64,000 nucleotides of DNA from an uncultured Planktomarina sp. (GCA_905182325.1 CAJJBD010000004.1:88474-152473); one strand, 5' to 3'. Counted from the stretch's first letter, positions 9,537 through 21,303 are shown. Numbers and translations: made by a program. The notes: generated by a model not told the origin, from the letters alone.

Positions 9537-10811
9537 ATGAAAATACGTAAGTCATATATCTCAGCGCTTGTTATTGCTGGACTAATTGTTGGTTGGATGT
9601 ACTCAGACGATCTGCTTGGAACTTCTTCTTTGGATGAAACTGATAAGTCAAAAGTGGCTATATCCGAGTTAGAGAAAGATGTAATTAGTTCACCAGATTT
9701 GATCACGCAAGCTTTTAAAGTTTTAAATCAAAAGGTTCCATTGCAGGTCCGAGCAAGAGGTGTCACGCGTACTGGATTTGACATTGATGTTATTAGCCGT
9801 CGTCAATCGTTTGTGTTGGCCCAAGTAGCTGTTGAAGGCGGTTGGGTTGAGTCTGGGGCCACGTTGATTGAGCTCGATAAAGGAACACTGGACGAGGATA
9901 TTGCCGCTGCGCGTGCTGAACGAAAGGCAAGACTAACGGCATACGACGACATAAAAAAGCGTTTTCGCATTGGAGGTGCTTGGGAGGCTCAAATCGCAGC
10001 GGCAACAGCAGACCTTGAAGCCGTACGTAGCAATTACGAGTCAACCAAAAAACTAGTGGATAGAGGTGTCAAAAAACCACTTGCCAGACTACAAAAAATG
10101 GCTTTGCTCAAAGCAGCAGAAATGCGCTTGATTGAGCTAGAAAACCAATCTGAAGAGCTTGCTCTTTCCGCTTCTTATGCTCAGATTAAAGCCGTTGATG
10201 CGCGTATTTCACAGCTATTAGAGCAGTTGAAATTTACTAAAGTGACTGCGGCTCAGAGCGGGTGGCTGGAAAAGTTTCATGTTGAAGTGGGACAAACAAT
10301 TAAAGAAAATGCTCCTGTCGCACAAATACTAGGTTTGAAGTCTCTTATTTTAGATGCTCCAATACCCCAAACCCAGATCAGTAAGATTAAAATTGGTGAT
10401 AGTGTTGATTTAGAGATTGATGGTGCGGGAAACAGGCAGGGACGTGTGAGTAAAATTGCGACATCTGCTAACGAAGCAACACGGACATTCAATGTTGAAA
10501 TATTGCTTGATAATACTGATATGACCCTGCGGGCTGGGATGAGCGCAGGTGTGCGCGTCACAATCGATCAAGTACCCGCTTTTAAGATATCACCAGCTCA
10601 TCTTAATGTAGATGAGGCGGGTTTGTTGAGTGTGAAAACAGTCATGTCCAATGGTATTGTAAAAATTATACCAGTGATGATTGCCCAAACTGTGGGTAAT
10701 GCGGCCTATGTCTCGGGACTAACAGATGGTACGGTAATTTTGGGTATGGGCCAAGCCTTCGTTAGCGCAGGGACTAAAATTACATACAAAATTGTTGAGG
10801 AAACAAACTAA
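9537..10811 (+). CDS. RND efflux periplasmic adaptor (MFP) subunit
   Basis: N-terminal anchor, long coiled-coil hairpin, ANEATRTFNVEI and LRAGMSA motifs; coupled to the RND permease. Confidence 0.88.
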   Translation: MKIRKSYISALVIAGLIVGWMYSDDLLGTSSLDETDKSKVAISELEKDVISSPDLITQAFKVLNQKVPLQVRARGVTRTGFDIDVISRRQSFVLAQVAVEGGWVESGATLIELDKGTLDEDIAAARAERKARLTAYDDIKKRFRIGGAWEAQIAAATADLEAVRSNYESTKKLVDRGVKKPLARLQKMALLKAAEMRLIELENQSEELALSASYAQIKAVDARISQLLEQLKFTKVTAAQSGWLEKFHVEVGQTIKENAPVAQILGLKSLILDAPIPQTQISKIKIGDSVDLEIDGAGNRQGRVSKIATSANEATRTFNVEILLDNTDMTLRAGMSAGVRVTIDQVPAFKISPAHLNVDEAGLLSVKTVMSNGIVKIIPVMIAQTVGNAAYVSGLTDGTVILGMGQAFVSAGTKITYKIVEETN

Positions 10812-13800
10812 TGCACTCTGTAATTCATGCTGCGTTCAAACGGCCCGGTGCAATTATTTTTATGATCATGATAATTTTTGGTGTTGGCTTAAACGCTTGG
10901 AATAACATTCCAAAGCAAGCAGAACCCGACATAGATATCCCAATTTCATATGTCTCGGTCCGCTACTCAGGAATTTCACCAACTGACGCAGAAAAACTCC
11001 TAGTTAAGCCGCTTGAAAAGCAACTTAGATCGGTTGCAGGTCTTGATAAAATGACTAGTGCAGCAACTGAAGGATATGCGTCAGTTACGCTCGAGTTTCT
11101 GGCGGGGGAAGATATTGACTTGGTTCTGGAGGACGTACGCAAAGCTGTCGATGATGCTAAACCAGATTTACCTCCAAATGCAGATGCCCCAAAAATAACT
11201 GAGATTTCATTATCCCTTTTTCCAATTTTAACAGCCGCTATTTATGGTCAGGTACCGGAAAAACTACTGATTTTTGCCGCTCGCGATTTAAAGGATAAGC
11301 TTGAAGCGGTTGAAGGAGTTCTTGAAGTTGAAATTGGTGGTGACCGTGAAGAAATGGTGGAAGTACTTATTGATGCTGGTGCCATGGAAAGTTATGGCCT
11401 TAATCCCGCTATGGTTATTGGGCTTGTGTCGGCTAATAACCAGCTTGTTACCGCTGGATCCATTGATACTGGCGGGGGAAGGCTCGCGCTCAAAGTTCCG
11501 GGCGTTATTGAAACGATTGAGGACTTGATGAAGTTACCAATCAAAATTGGTGACGGAAACACTATTCATTTTGAAGATATTGCAAGGGTCCGCCGAGCGT
11601 TTGTAGATTCTGATAATCGCTCGCGAGTTAACGGTCAAAGCTCTCTGGTTCTAGATGTGAAGAAAAGGGTTGGCGCTAATCTGATTGAAGTTGCAGAGGC
11701 AACACGCAAGATTATTGACGTGGAAGTTGCCGCTATGTCGGGTGATGTGGAAGTAAATTATCTTCTGGATAAGTCTAAAAATGTTCGCTCAACCCTTGGT
11801 GACCTTGGTAATAACGTAACGGCTGCAGTTTTGATCGTTATGATAGTTGTTGTTGCAAGCCTTGGACTACGAAATGCCGCCCTAGTTGCCTTGGCAATCC
11901 CTGGCAGTTTTCTGATTGGTATAGCGGTTCTTTATAACATGGGTATTACATTGAATATTGTTGTTTTATTTTCGCTTATTCTTGTTGCCGGTATGCTTGT
12001 AGACGGAGTGATCGTCACGATTGAATATGCAGACCGAAGGGTAGCACAATCTGTAGATCGGGCAACCGCATACCGTGAGGGAGCTGTCCGAATGGCTTGG
12101 CCAATTATCGCTTCTACAGTGACTACATTAATGGTGTTTCTGCCACTACTATTCTGGCCTGGAATTGTTGGCAGTTTTATGAAGTTTTTGCCAATTACTG
12201 TGATTTGCGTATTATCGGCGTCCCTACTAATGGCCTTGATATTTATACCAGTCTTGGGTGGCATATTTGGCAAAACAGCCTCTGCTGGTGGCGCGGTCCA
12301 CCATTCAGCACCACGCTCATACCGCTGGATTCTCAAGCGAGCCATTCAATATCCAATGCTTGTCGTATTGTTTGTTGTAGGTTTTATGGTTGTTTCCTTT
12401 GGTGGTTATTTTTCGGCTGGTTTAGGTGTAAGCTTTTTTCCTGATGTCGAACCAGAACAAGCCGCAATTCAAGTTTTGGCACGTGGTGACCTTGCAGCGG
12501 ATGAGCGTGACGAACTTTTACAACAGGCGGAAGCCCGAGTGCTCGATTTAAAGGGTGTTACTGCAAATTACGCCAAATTGGGCTCTGATGAAAATGCTCC
12601 CAGAGATTCGATTGGATCAATACGAACTGTATTTGATGACTGGCAACAGCGTCAAAAGGTCAGTATTTTGATGGATGAAATGCGACAAAGGCTAGACGGT
12701 GTGGTAGGTATAAAGGTCAATATTCAAAAGGAACAACCTGGCCCAGGTGGTGCAGCGCCGATTCATATTGAGGTATTTGATAATAACCTGGATCAGGCTG
12801 CGCTAACAACAAATTTTGTCGTCAGTTTGATGAATGAAATTGGTGGTTTTATAGATATTAAAGATACGCGTCCATTACCCGGTATTGAGTGGACGATCGA
12901 ATTTGACCGTGACGAAGCAAGCCGCCATGGGGTTTCTATTGATGCGCTAGGTAACATGGTCAAATTGTTGACTGAAGGTGTCAGTATTTCTGATTACCGT
13001 CCCGATGATATTGACGACGAACTAGACATAAAACTACGTTTTCCAAGCACTCAGCGAAATCTCGATCATCTAGAAGAGATTCGAATTCCGACTGCCGCGG
13101 GCGACTACGTTCCATTGTCCGTCTTTGCCAAATTAATACCACAGCCTAAAGGGGGTGATATCGAGCGAAAAAACGGCAAGCGATTTTATTCGATTGATGC
13201 GGATGTGAAAGAGGGCCTTCTACCGGCCAAACAAGTAGAGACGCTTCAAATTGAGTTGGACAAAAACAAAGATTTTTCGTTGACTAGTTCAATTATTTTT
13301 GGTGGTGAAAGCGAAGATATTGAAGAAACTCAGACCTTTTTTGGCCAAGCTTTTTCTTTGTCCATGTGTCTCATGATTCTTGTTCTGATGATCCAGTTTA
13401 ATTCTGTGTGGCAAACAATTGTAACAATGTCAGCTATTGTCTTATCATCTGGCGGAGTATTTTTAGGGTTGTGGCTGATGGATCGCCCTTTTGGCATAGT
13501 TATGTCGGGCTTGGGTATTATAGCGCTGGCGGGGGTCGTTGTTAACAATAATATTGTGTTGATAGATACGTTTAATGAGTTTCGGGCTAAGGGCTATGGC
13601 GCCAAGCAGGCTGCATTTCACGCTGGTCTCGCGCGGTTTAGACCTGTTTTGTTGACTGCTGTAACTACCATTATGGGCCTTCTACCCATGGTGTTTGGAT
13701 TGACCATCCAGTTTGGTGAAAGATCTATTTTGTCTGGTGCGCCATCCTCTCAATGGTGGACAGATTTATCCAGTACAATCGCGGGTGGCCTTACGTTTGC

Positions 13801-13960
13801 AACAATCCTTACATTACTTGCAACTCCAGCTTTATTGGTACTTGGCGATAACGTTGATGCTTGGATAAAACGAGTAAAACTCCGTTTTTTGGGTGTGAGA
13901 CGTGCCCAGCATGAAAATAATCAGGCTACAGGCGTTCCTTCCTTAAATGAAGGTGGCTAA
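10811..13960 (+). CDS. RND efflux permease (AcrB/AcrD/AcrF family)
   Basis: 1049 aa, 12-TM topology; GMLVDGVIV, RFRPVLLT motifs. Confidence 0.93.
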   Translation: MHSVIHAAFKRPGAIIFMIMIIFGVGLNAWNNIPKQAEPDIDIPISYVSVRYSGISPTDAEKLLVKPLEKQLRSVAGLDKMTSAATEGYASVTLEFLAGEDIDLVLEDVRKAVDDAKPDLPPNADAPKITEISLSLFPILTAAIYGQVPEKLLIFAARDLKDKLEAVEGVLEVEIGGDREEMVEVLIDAGAMESYGLNPAMVIGLVSANNQLVTAGSIDTGGGRLALKVPGVIETIEDLMKLPIKIGDGNTIHFEDIARVRRAFVDSDNRSRVNGQSSLVLDVKKRVGANLIEVAEATRKIIDVEVAAMSGDVEVNYLLDKSKNVRSTLGDLGNNVTAAVLIVMIVVVASLGLRNAALVALAIPGSFLIGIAVLYNMGITLNIVVLFSLILVAGMLVDGVIVTIEYADRRVAQSVDRATAYREGAVRMAWPIIASTVTTLMVFLPLLFWPGIVGSFMKFLPITVICVLSASLLMALIFIPVLGGIFGKTASAGGAVHHSAPRSYRWILKRAIQYPMLVVLFVVGFMVVSFGGYFSAGLGVSFFPDVEPEQAAIQVLARGDLAADERDELLQQAEARVLDLKGVTANYAKLGSDENAPRDSIGSIRTVFDDWQQRQKVSILMDEMRQRLDGVVGIKVNIQKEQPGPGGAAPIHIEVFDNNLDQAALTTNFVVSLMNEIGGFIDIKDTRPLPGIEWTIEFDRDEASRHGVSIDALGNMVKLLTEGVSISDYRPDDIDDELDIKLRFPSTQRNLDHLEEIRIPTAAGDYVPLSVFAKLIPQPKGGDIERKNGKRFYSIDADVKEGLLPAKQVETLQIELDKNKDFSLTSSIIFGGESEDIEETQTFFGQAFSLSMCLMILVLMIQFNSVWQTIVTMSAIVLSSGGVFLGLWLMDRPFGIVMSGLGIIALAGVVVNNNIVLIDTFNEFRAKGYGAKQAAFHAGLARFRPVLLTAVTTIMGLLPMVFGLTIQFGERSILSGAPSSQWWTDLSSTIAGGLTFATILTLLATPALLVLGDNVDAWIKRVKLRFLGVRRAQHENNQATGVPSLNEGG

Positions 13961-14186
13961 TCTTTTTATACACTTGGTTAAGTCTAAACTGTTCCGCCAG
14001 TCTTGCCAAAGTTTACTAAGGAAAGTCTGGCAAGAAGAGGATTAGTAGCCTGTGAGCTGAAAACTTTTCAAAACGTAGTAAACCTAACGATTAAAAACTA
14101 TTTTGAGAAATCTAAAGTTCTTAAGGGGTTGTACGACGTCTTCGGTTTTGACTATATAAAAGAAAGACTAACATGGTGGTTTTAGA

Positions 14187-14825
14187 ATGTCAGATACAGA
14201 CGGTTTTATCGCAGAAGTGACTGAAGAGGTACGTCGTGACCGGCTATTTCGTCTATTTCGGCGATTTGGATGGATACCGGCGCTTGTGATTTTAGTCCTT
14301 GTTAGCGGTACAGCCTATAATGAATGGTCAAAATCTAAAACAGCTGAGTTGGCGCAGGTTCGAGGGGATGCGCTGCTGAATGCTTTAGATATTACCGATG
14401 AACTGTCTCGCAATGTCGCTTTGAATGAAATAGCAACACAAGATGTAAATCATATAATAGAAAAATTCATTGCCGCCGGTGCGGATATGGAAAATTCTAT
14501 AAACTTTCTTCAGGAAATTGTTGCCAATACTGACCAACCAAGTTTTATCAGGGATCTTGCGCGGCTTAAACTGACGCTTATTCCGGGTGCGTTGGCAAAT
14601 GAAAATATACTAACGGCTTTGAATGATTTGTCGGCACCAGGTGGTATTTATCGGAATGCAGCCATAGAAATTTTAGTAGCTTATGAATTAGAGCAAGGAA
14701 ATGTAGATACAGCCTTAGATTTGTTGCAGGCGCATATTATGGATGCTGAGGCTTCTAGCATGCAGGTTCGGCGTATGTCTGAGCTTGTTGTAGCGTTGGG
14801 CTCTGCGCCCGAATTAGAAAATTGA
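14187..14825 (+). CDS. YfgM-like membrane-anchored TPR protein
   Basis: MSDTDGFIAEVTEEVRRDRL N-terminus then TM helix; sits before bamB-der. Confidence 0.8.
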   Translation: MSDTDGFIAEVTEEVRRDRLFRLFRRFGWIPALVILVLVSGTAYNEWSKSKTAELAQVRGDALLNALDITDELSRNVALNEIATQDVNHIIEKFIAAGADMENSINFLQEIVANTDQPSFIRDLARLKLTLIPGALANENILTALNDLSAPGGIYRNAAIEILVAYELEQGNVDTALDLLQAHIMDAEASSMQVRRMSELVVALGSAPELEN

Positions 14826-14876
14826 TCTGCGACTTTCAGAAATTCTGTAATAGTAAAAATTGATTGGGAGGCACTC

Positions 14877-16190
14877 ATGAAATTTAATACATTGGTTTGC
14901 TTCATACTTTTGTCACTTAATTTTGGATGCTCTAGCAGTGACCCTGTTTTGCCAGGTGCTAGACAAATGCTTGATGGCTCAGCCGTAATGGAAGAAGAAG
15001 ATCGATATTTAATAGAGATATTGCCATCTTTAGACTTACCTCCAGAAAAGCTAAACTTAGAATGGACGCATAGAGGGGGAAACGCGCAGCATAACCCAGG
15101 CCACCTTGCACTTAGCGACACACTCAAATTGGTTTGGAAAACCTCAATCGGAAAGGGAAATGGTCGACGCCATCAAATAGCTTCCAGCCCAATAGCTGAA
15201 GCCAATCGTATCTTTACACTTGATAGCCGATCTCTAGTCACTGCTTTAGACTTTGATGGAACCATTATCTGGCAAAGTGATGTTGGCAACAAACTTGAAG
15301 GGCGAGACGACGCGTCAGGTGGGGGCCTTGCTGTGCAGGGCAAGCAACTTTTTGTGACAACAGGTTTTGGGACTGTTCAGGCCTTGAACTCTGAAACTGG
15401 TGATATCCTTTGGTCCCAAGAGTTAGATAGTTATGGTGGAGCGTCGCCTACAGTTTTTGAAGATTTATTGTATGTATCTGCACGGGGTGGGGCGGCTTGG
15501 GCTATTGAAACAAAGACGGGCCGCATCAAGTGGCAAGTGTCTGGACCAAGTTCGCGCTCCAGTTTGGTGGGCGGACCAGGCGCCGCAGTCAATGACAAGT
15601 ATGCTTTATTTCCTTTTGGTTCTGGTGATGTATTTACGGTCTTTCGTAAAGGTGGTTTGCCCAGTTGGAACTCTGTTTTGTCAGGTGCACGCCTAGGGCG
15701 AAGCGCTAGTTACATACAGGATGTTACTGGACAGCCGGTAATTGACTCGGATTGGGTGTATTTATCCAACTCAGCAGGCCGTATGGCGGCATTAGATTTG
15801 AAAACTGGCCAAAGAGAATGGACATCAAACCAAGGTAGTCAGGGAGATATTTTGGTAGCTGGGAAGTCAATTTTCTTTGTAAGTGACGAAAATAAATTAG
15901 TTCGCGTGTCTAAGCTGGATGGAAATATCATATGGTCCAACCAATTACCTCATTTTACTAAAACGAATTTGAAACGTCGTACTGAAATATTTGCCCATTA
16001 CGGGCCAGTCTTGGCTGGTGGAAGGCTAATTTTGGCGTCCTCGGATCGTATTCTGCGCGAATTTGATCCATCAGATGGTACATTGATCTCTTCAATGAAG
16101 TTGCCCCGTGGAGCGGCCAGCATGCCGATAGTGGTTAAGAAAACGTTGTACCTTTTAGACATGGATGGATCTCTACTGGCTTTCCGTTGA
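14877..16190 (+). CDS. BamB-like PQQ-repeat beta-propeller lipoprotein
   Basis: Lipobox-like FGC; repeated ALD..TG...W propeller units; upstream of der. Confidence 0.85.
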   Translation: MKFNTLVCFILLSLNFGCSSSDPVLPGARQMLDGSAVMEEEDRYLIEILPSLDLPPEKLNLEWTHRGGNAQHNPGHLALSDTLKLVWKTSIGKGNGRRHQIASSPIAEANRIFTLDSRSLVTALDFDGTIIWQSDVGNKLEGRDDASGGGLAVQGKQLFVTTGFGTVQALNSETGDILWSQELDSYGGASPTVFEDLLYVSARGGAAWAIETKTGRIKWQVSGPSSRSSLVGGPGAAVNDKYALFPFGSGDVFTVFRKGGLPSWNSVLSGARLGRSASYIQDVTGQPVIDSDWVYLSNSAGRMAALDLKTGQREWTSNQGSQGDILVAGKSIFFVSDENKLVRVSKLDGNIIWSNQLPHFTKTNLKRRTEIFAHYGPVLAGGRLILASSDRILREFDPSDGTLISSMKLPRGAASMPIVVKKTLYLLDMDGSLLAFR

Positions 16191-16239
16191 ACTAAACTTG
16201 ATATAAGCGTCAGTTCTAAATTCCTGAAAGTAGGTTTGA

Positions 16240-17697
16240 ATGTCTTTTACATTGGCAATTGTTGGCAGGCCTAATGTGGGTAAATCCACTTTGTTTAATC
16301 GCCTAGTTGGGCGAAAGTTAGCCTTGGTAGACAACCAGCCTGGAGTGACGCGAGATCTTCGAGAGGGGCTTGCGAGACTTGGGCATCTTAAATTTACAAT
16401 AATTGATACTGCAGGCCTTGAAGAAATTACTGATGAAAGCCTGCAGGGCCGTATGCGCCGCCTGACAGAACGTGCAGTGGATATGGCGGATGCATGTTTA
16501 TTTATGATCGATGCTCGAGTTGGAGTGACCCCAACTGATGAGGTATTTGCAGATATTTTGCGTAAGAGAAATGCTCACGTGTTTCTGGCTGCAAACAAGG
16601 GAGAGGGACGTGCTGCTGATGGCGGTGTTATTGAGGCTTACTCATTGGGACTTGGTGAGCCATTGCGAATGTCAGCAGAGCATGGCGAGGGAATGGGTGA
16701 ACTGGCTATTTTACTTGCGCCTCTGATTACTTCAGCGGAAGAGGAATGGTTGGAAACGGCCCCCGTTGTTGATTTAGATTTAGTGGAGGGAGATACAGAA
16801 GAAGAGTACAGTCTTCCTACTGCCCAAAAACCAATGCAAGTTGCTGTAATTGGAAGGCCAAATGCTGGTAAATCAACCCTGATTAATAAAATCTTAGGTG
16901 AAGATCGTCTTCTCACTGGACCGGAAGCAGGGATTACGCGTGATGCAATTTCTCTTACCCTTGACTGGGGTGGCGTTCCCACCCGTATTTTTGATACTGC
17001 TGGTATGCGTAAAAAAGCTAAGGTGCAGGAAAAGCTTGAAAAACTTTCGGTTAGTGATGGACTGCGCGCAGTCAAATTTGCTGAAGTTGTTATAGTTCTT
17101 CTTGACGCAGATATTCCTTTTGAGCAGCAAGACTTACGTATTTCTGATTTGGCAGAACGTGAAGGGCGTGCGGTTGTCTTAGCTGTAAATAAATGGGATT
17201 TGGAAACGAAAAAACAATCTAAAATTCGTGAGTTACGAGAGTCATTTGAGCGACTGCTTCCGCAACTCCGAGGTGCGCCTTTGATAACTCTGTCAGCAAA
17301 AACTGGTAAAGGATTAGACCGCCTTCAGGAGGCTGTCATGCTTGCGCATAAGGTATGGAACCGTCGAATTCCTACTAGTCACCTAAATCGCTGGCTTGCT
17401 GGCATGGTCGAAGCACACCCACCGCCGGCGCCGGGTGGACGTCGCATTAAACTTCGCTACATGACCCAAGCAAAAACACGGCCGCCAGGCTTTGTGGTTA
17501 TGTGTTCTTATCCTGATAAAATTGCAGCTAGCTACTCACGCTATTTGGTGAATGGCTTGAGGGAAGATTTTGACATGCCCGGTACGCCCATAAGGCTATG
17601 GATGCGCGGTCAGGGTGACCAAAACCCATATAAAAACAGAAAAAAATCAACGCCGTCACGTTTAAGAAAACACCTTAGAAAAAAGCCTATTGATTAA
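16240..17697 (+). CDS. der: ribosome biogenesis GTPase Der (EngA)
   Basis: Two G domains ([18 protein letters not shown]), DTAG motifs, KH-like C-terminus. Confidence 0.97.
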   Translation: MSFTLAIVGRPNVGKSTLFNRLVGRKLALVDNQPGVTRDLREGLARLGHLKFTIIDTAGLEEITDESLQGRMRRLTERAVDMADACLFMIDARVGVTPTDEVFADILRKRNAHVFLAANKGEGRAADGGVIEAYSLGLGEPLRMSAEHGEGMGELAILLAPLITSAEEEWLETAPVVDLDLVEGDTEEEYSLPTAQKPMQVAVIGRPNAGKSTLINKILGEDRLLTGPEAGITRDAISLTLDWGGVPTRIFDTAGMRKKAKVQEKLEKLSVSDGLRAVKFAEVVIVLLDADIPFEQQDLRISDLAEREGRAVVLAVNKWDLETKKQSKIRELRESFERLLPQLRGAPLITLSAKTGKGLDRLQEAVMLAHKVWNRRIPTSHLNRWLAGMVEAHPPPAPGGRRIKLRYMTQAKTRPPGFVVMCSYPDKIAASYSRYLVNGLREDFDMPGTPIRLWMRGQGDQNPYKNRKKSTPSRLRKHLRKKPID

Positions 17698-17729
17698 AGT
17701 TCTTTTCACTTTTTAGTTGGCTTTTCAGG

Positions 17730-19022
17730 TTATGATAACCTGCCATCTGGTAAAATTAGGGATGAATTTCCCATGTACTTGTGCAAGACATCGGGGATGA
17801 CAACTGAACCATCATTTTGCTGCCCATTTTCTAAAACGGCTATTAAACATCTTCCAACTGCCAAGCCAGATCCATTTAAAGTATGTAAAAACTCTGGTTT
17901 ACCGCCAGTGGATGGCTTGAAGCGAGCGTTCATTCGCCTTGCTTGAAAGTCGCCACAAGATGAACAAGAACTAATCTCACGGTAAGCATTTTGTCCAGGC
18001 AACCAAACTTCAATGTCTTGTGTTCGACGTGCGCCAAATCCCATATCCCCAACGCATAAGGTAACAGTTTTATATGGGAGATCTAGGGATTCCAATATCC
18101 CTTCAGCGCATTTGGTCATTCGCTCCAGTTCTTGACGTGCATAGTCTGGATGGGTGATTGACACCATTTCAACTTTTTCAAATTGATGTTGACGGAGCAT
18201 CCCGGCTGTATCCCGCCCTGCGCTGCCCGCCTCTGAGCGGAAGCACAGCGAATGCGCAGTATAGCGGCGTGGGAGCGTGTGTTCTTCAACTGTTAAACCC
18301 GAAACAATGTTGGTGAGGGTAACTTCCGAGGTAGGGATAAGCCACCACCCATTTGTAGTTTGATAACTATCCTCTCCAAATTTTGGTAACTGACCCGTTC
18401 CCTGCATCGCACTCTCACGCACTAAAACGGGAGTATTGGTTTCGGTCAGGCCATTTTCATTAATATGTGTGTCGAGCATAAATTGCGCCAATGCACGATG
18501 AATACGCGCAATTGCACCTGACATTATGACGAACCTGCTTCCTGACATCTTCCCCGCCGTCTCAAAATCTAAGCCGCTTTTAACTGCCGTGATCTCAAAA
18601 TGTTCTCTTACTGGAAAATTAAATGTCTTAGGGGTGCCCCAACGTCTAATTTCGACATTATCATTTTCGTCTTTTCCGTCTGGAGTATCTTCATAAGGCA
18701 GGTTTGGAATAGACATTAGTAGATCAGTTAGGGCTACATTCTTTTCCTTTGCCTCTTCATTTAGATTGGCAACTTCATTCTTCTTTGCTGTGACCAGACT
18801 TCGAAGTCGATCGAATTCAACATTATCGCCATTGGCTTTGGCGCCGCCTGCTAATTTACCAGCACTGTTCTGTTCTGCTGACGCTGCCTCAGCGGCTTGA
18901 ATGCAACCGCGCCGCGACGTGTCTAATGACAAAACATCTGACGAGATGGGGGCACTACCTCTGCGCACTAGTGAGTTATCAAAAGCGATTGGGTTATCGC
19001 GGATTGCACGGATGTCATGCAT
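17730..19022 (-). CDS. serS: serine--tRNA ligase
   Basis: [40 protein letters not shown] motifs. Confidence 0.97.
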   Translation of the reverse strand: MHDIRAIRDNPIAFDNSLVRRGSAPISSDVLSLDTSRRGCIQAAEAASAEQNSAGKLAGGAKANGDNVEFDRLRSLVTAKKNEVANLNEEAKEKNVALTDLLMSIPNLPYEDTPDGKDENDNVEIRRWGTPKTFNFPVREHFEITAVKSGLDFETAGKMSGSRFVIMSGAIARIHRALAQFMLDTHINENGLTETNTPVLVRESAMQGTGQLPKFGEDSYQTTNGWWLIPTSEVTLTNIVSGLTVEEHTLPRRYTAHSLCFRSEAGSAGRDTAGMLRQHQFEKVEMVSITHPDYARQELERMTKCAEGILESLDLPYKTVTLCVGDMGFGARRTQDIEVWLPGQNAYREISSCSSCGDFQARRMNARFKPSTGGKPEFLHTLNGSGLAVGRCLIAVLENGQQNDGSVVIPDVLHKYMGNSSLILPDGRLS

Positions 19023-19347
19023 AGTTTTGCTCCATCAAAAGAATCAATACTGGTGTTATGCCTAATGGTGAGGCCTAGGTCACGGTACTAAAACTTCGCC
19101 ACTACCAAACTGTCTAAGAGCTAAAGTAATTCTTGTGATTTCAATATGCCCACTAGTGCATAAATCTTTTTATTTTATACAAATGCTCATAAATTAGGAA
19201 AAAAGTTCAAAATTATCTGATTTAGGTAAAAAATAATGTTGTAAGATGGATCTCAAGACACTGTCTCCCTTGCATTGGCAGTACCTAAATAATAAGTTTC
19301 GCGAGAACTTACAGCATGGCGCTGTATGTAACTTTTATGAGGTAATT

Positions 19348-19638
19348 ATGGACACTTTAGGCACATTTATGTTTCCACTGCTGATTATTGGCATTTTTTA
19401 CATGCTGGTATTTCGGCCACAACAAAAGAAGATGAAAGAGCATCAAAATATGGTCGGTAATCTGGCTAAAGGTGATGAAGTTGTGACGGCGGGAGGCATG
19501 ATTGGCAAAGTTGTAAAAGTCAAAGCTGATAGCAACGAAATTGAGGTCGAACTCGCCAAAGATGTGCGAGTACGGATAGTACAGGCCACCATTTCTGACG
19601 TACGTAACAAGACAGTGCCAGCTAAACAAAAAGCCTAA
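19348..19638 (+). CDS. yajC: preprotein translocase subunit YajC
   Basis: FYML.FRPQQKK, GDEVVTAGG; start set at ATG 19348 after a GAGGT RBS. Confidence 0.93.
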   Translation: MDTLGTFMFPLLIIGIFYMLVFRPQQKKMKEHQNMVGNLAKGDEVVTAGGMIGKVVKVKADSNEIEVELAKDVRVRIVQATISDVRNKTVPAKQKA

Positions 19639-19668
19639 TACACATACTGATAGGCTGGGAGCTTAAAG

Positions 19669-21300
19669 ATGTTACAAATAGAAGGTTGGAAGCGGGGCTT
19701 AATTTGGTTGGTCTGTGCAGTGGGACTGCTATTTGCCTTGCCCAATGGATTTTATACCAAAGTTGAGGCTTTTAACGATGCCAAAGAGATAGGTCGTGAA
19801 GGGATTGGGTGGCCTTCATTTTTACCGTCTGGCCTTGTTAATCTTGGATTGGATCTGAGAGGTGGGGCACACCTTTTGGGTGAAATTAAGCTTGAGGAAG
19901 TTTACACTACACGTCTTGAAGCCTTTTGGCCTGAAGTGCGCAACGTTCTACGTGATGAGCGAGCTAAAATTGGCGCAATTCGTCAGCAAGATGGGGACGA
20001 GGGAGAACTACGTGTCCGCATTGGTAATGTTGAATTTATGGATGATGCATTAAAGTCAGTCCGAACCTTGGCGCGGCCTGTCTCCTCTATTTCGGGTGGC
20101 ATGACTGATGATATAGTGGTGGCAGCAGAGGGTGATCAATTAGTCGTAACATTATCTCAAGCTGAAAAGTTAGCCACTGATCAGCGCACCATGGCGCAGT
20201 CACTTGAAATCATTCGTCGTCGGGTAGACGAAGCTGGGACCCGCGAGCCGACAATACAGCGGCAGGGTAAAGACCGGGTTTTAATTCAGGTGCCAGGGCT
20301 TGGTTCAGCGCAAGAATTGAAAGATCTTATCGGAACACCTGCATTGCTAACTTTTCAAACTGTTTTGGGACAGACCAGTAATCCAAATGGAAGTGCCGGA
20401 GTCGGAAATGAGCTGGTACAGGCGGCGCAAGACAACGAACTTTACTACATTTTAGAGCGGACCCCAGTAGTTACGGGTGAAGAACTGACTAACGCTCAAC
20501 CGGCCTTTGACCAAAATGGTCGTCCTGCTGTGAACTTTATGTTTAATACCTCTGGAGCCCGTAAATTTGGGACTTATACGTCTGATCATATTGGTGAACC
20601 ATTCGCAATTGTCTTGGATAAGCAAGTAATTTCTGCTCCCGTTATCCAATCTGCGATTACGGGTGGATCTGGTATTATTACAGGTAATTTTGATGTGCTG
20701 GAGAGTACGAGACTTGCTACATTGTTGCGAGCGGGTTCACTTCCTGCCAGTTTGGAGTTTTTGGAAGAACGCACTGTTGGTCCCGAACTTGGTCAAGATA
20801 GTATTGATGCCGGAAGGGTAGCGTGCATTGTTGCTTTTGTCGCTGTACTAATCTTTATGGGTTTATCTTATGGCACTTTTGGCCTTTTTGCTAATGTTGC
20901 TTTAATAATAAATGTTGGTTTAATTTTTGGTCTTTTATCAATGATTGGTGCAACCCTTACACTGCCAGGAATTGCAGGCATAGTACTTACAATTGGCATG
21001 GCCGTCGATGCTAACGTATTAGTTTTTGAACGCATTCGGGAGGAACTTAAAACAGCCAAGGGGCCGGCGCGTGCAATAGAATTGGGTTACGAAAAGGCGC
21101 TATCTGCGATTATTGATGCAAATATCACAACTTTGTTAACTGCCGCGATACTTTTCTACTTTGGAGCCGGGCCTGTAAAAGGTTTTGCGATCACCTTGGG
21201 CTTGGGAATTATAACATCGGTTTTTACCGCAATATTTGTTACCCGGTTTTTGGTTGTGGTTTGGTTTGAACGGCGTAGACCGAAAATACTGGAGGTGTAG
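19669..21300 (+). CDS. secD: protein translocase subunit SecD
   Basis: LGLDLRGG, RTVGPELG, GMAVDANVL.FERIREE. Confidence 0.96.
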   Translation: MLQIEGWKRGLIWLVCAVGLLFALPNGFYTKVEAFNDAKEIGREGIGWPSFLPSGLVNLGLDLRGGAHLLGEIKLEEVYTTRLEAFWPEVRNVLRDERAKIGAIRQQDGDEGELRVRIGNVEFMDDALKSVRTLARPVSSISGGMTDDIVVAAEGDQLVVTLSQAEKLATDQRTMAQSLEIIRRRVDEAGTREPTIQRQGKDRVLIQVPGLGSAQELKDLIGTPALLTFQTVLGQTSNPNGSAGVGNELVQAAQDNELYYILERTPVVTGEELTNAQPAFDQNGRPAVNFMFNTSGARKFGTYTSDHIGEPFAIVLDKQVISAPVIQSAITGGSGIITGNFDVLESTRLATLLRAGSLPASLEFLEERTVGPELGQDSIDAGRVACIVAFVAVLIFMGLSYGTFGLFANVALIINVGLIFGLLSMIGATLTLPGIAGIVLTIGMAVDANVLVFERIREELKTAKGPARAIELGYEKALSAIIDANITTLLTAAILFYFGAGPVKGFAITLGLGIITSVFTAIFVTRFLVVVWFERRRPKILEV

Positions 21301-21303
21301 GCA

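Noticed and set aside
14003-14185. 60-aa ORF upstream of the yfgM-like gene
   Set aside because: TTG start, no RBS, no motif; probably a chance ORF in promoter DNA.
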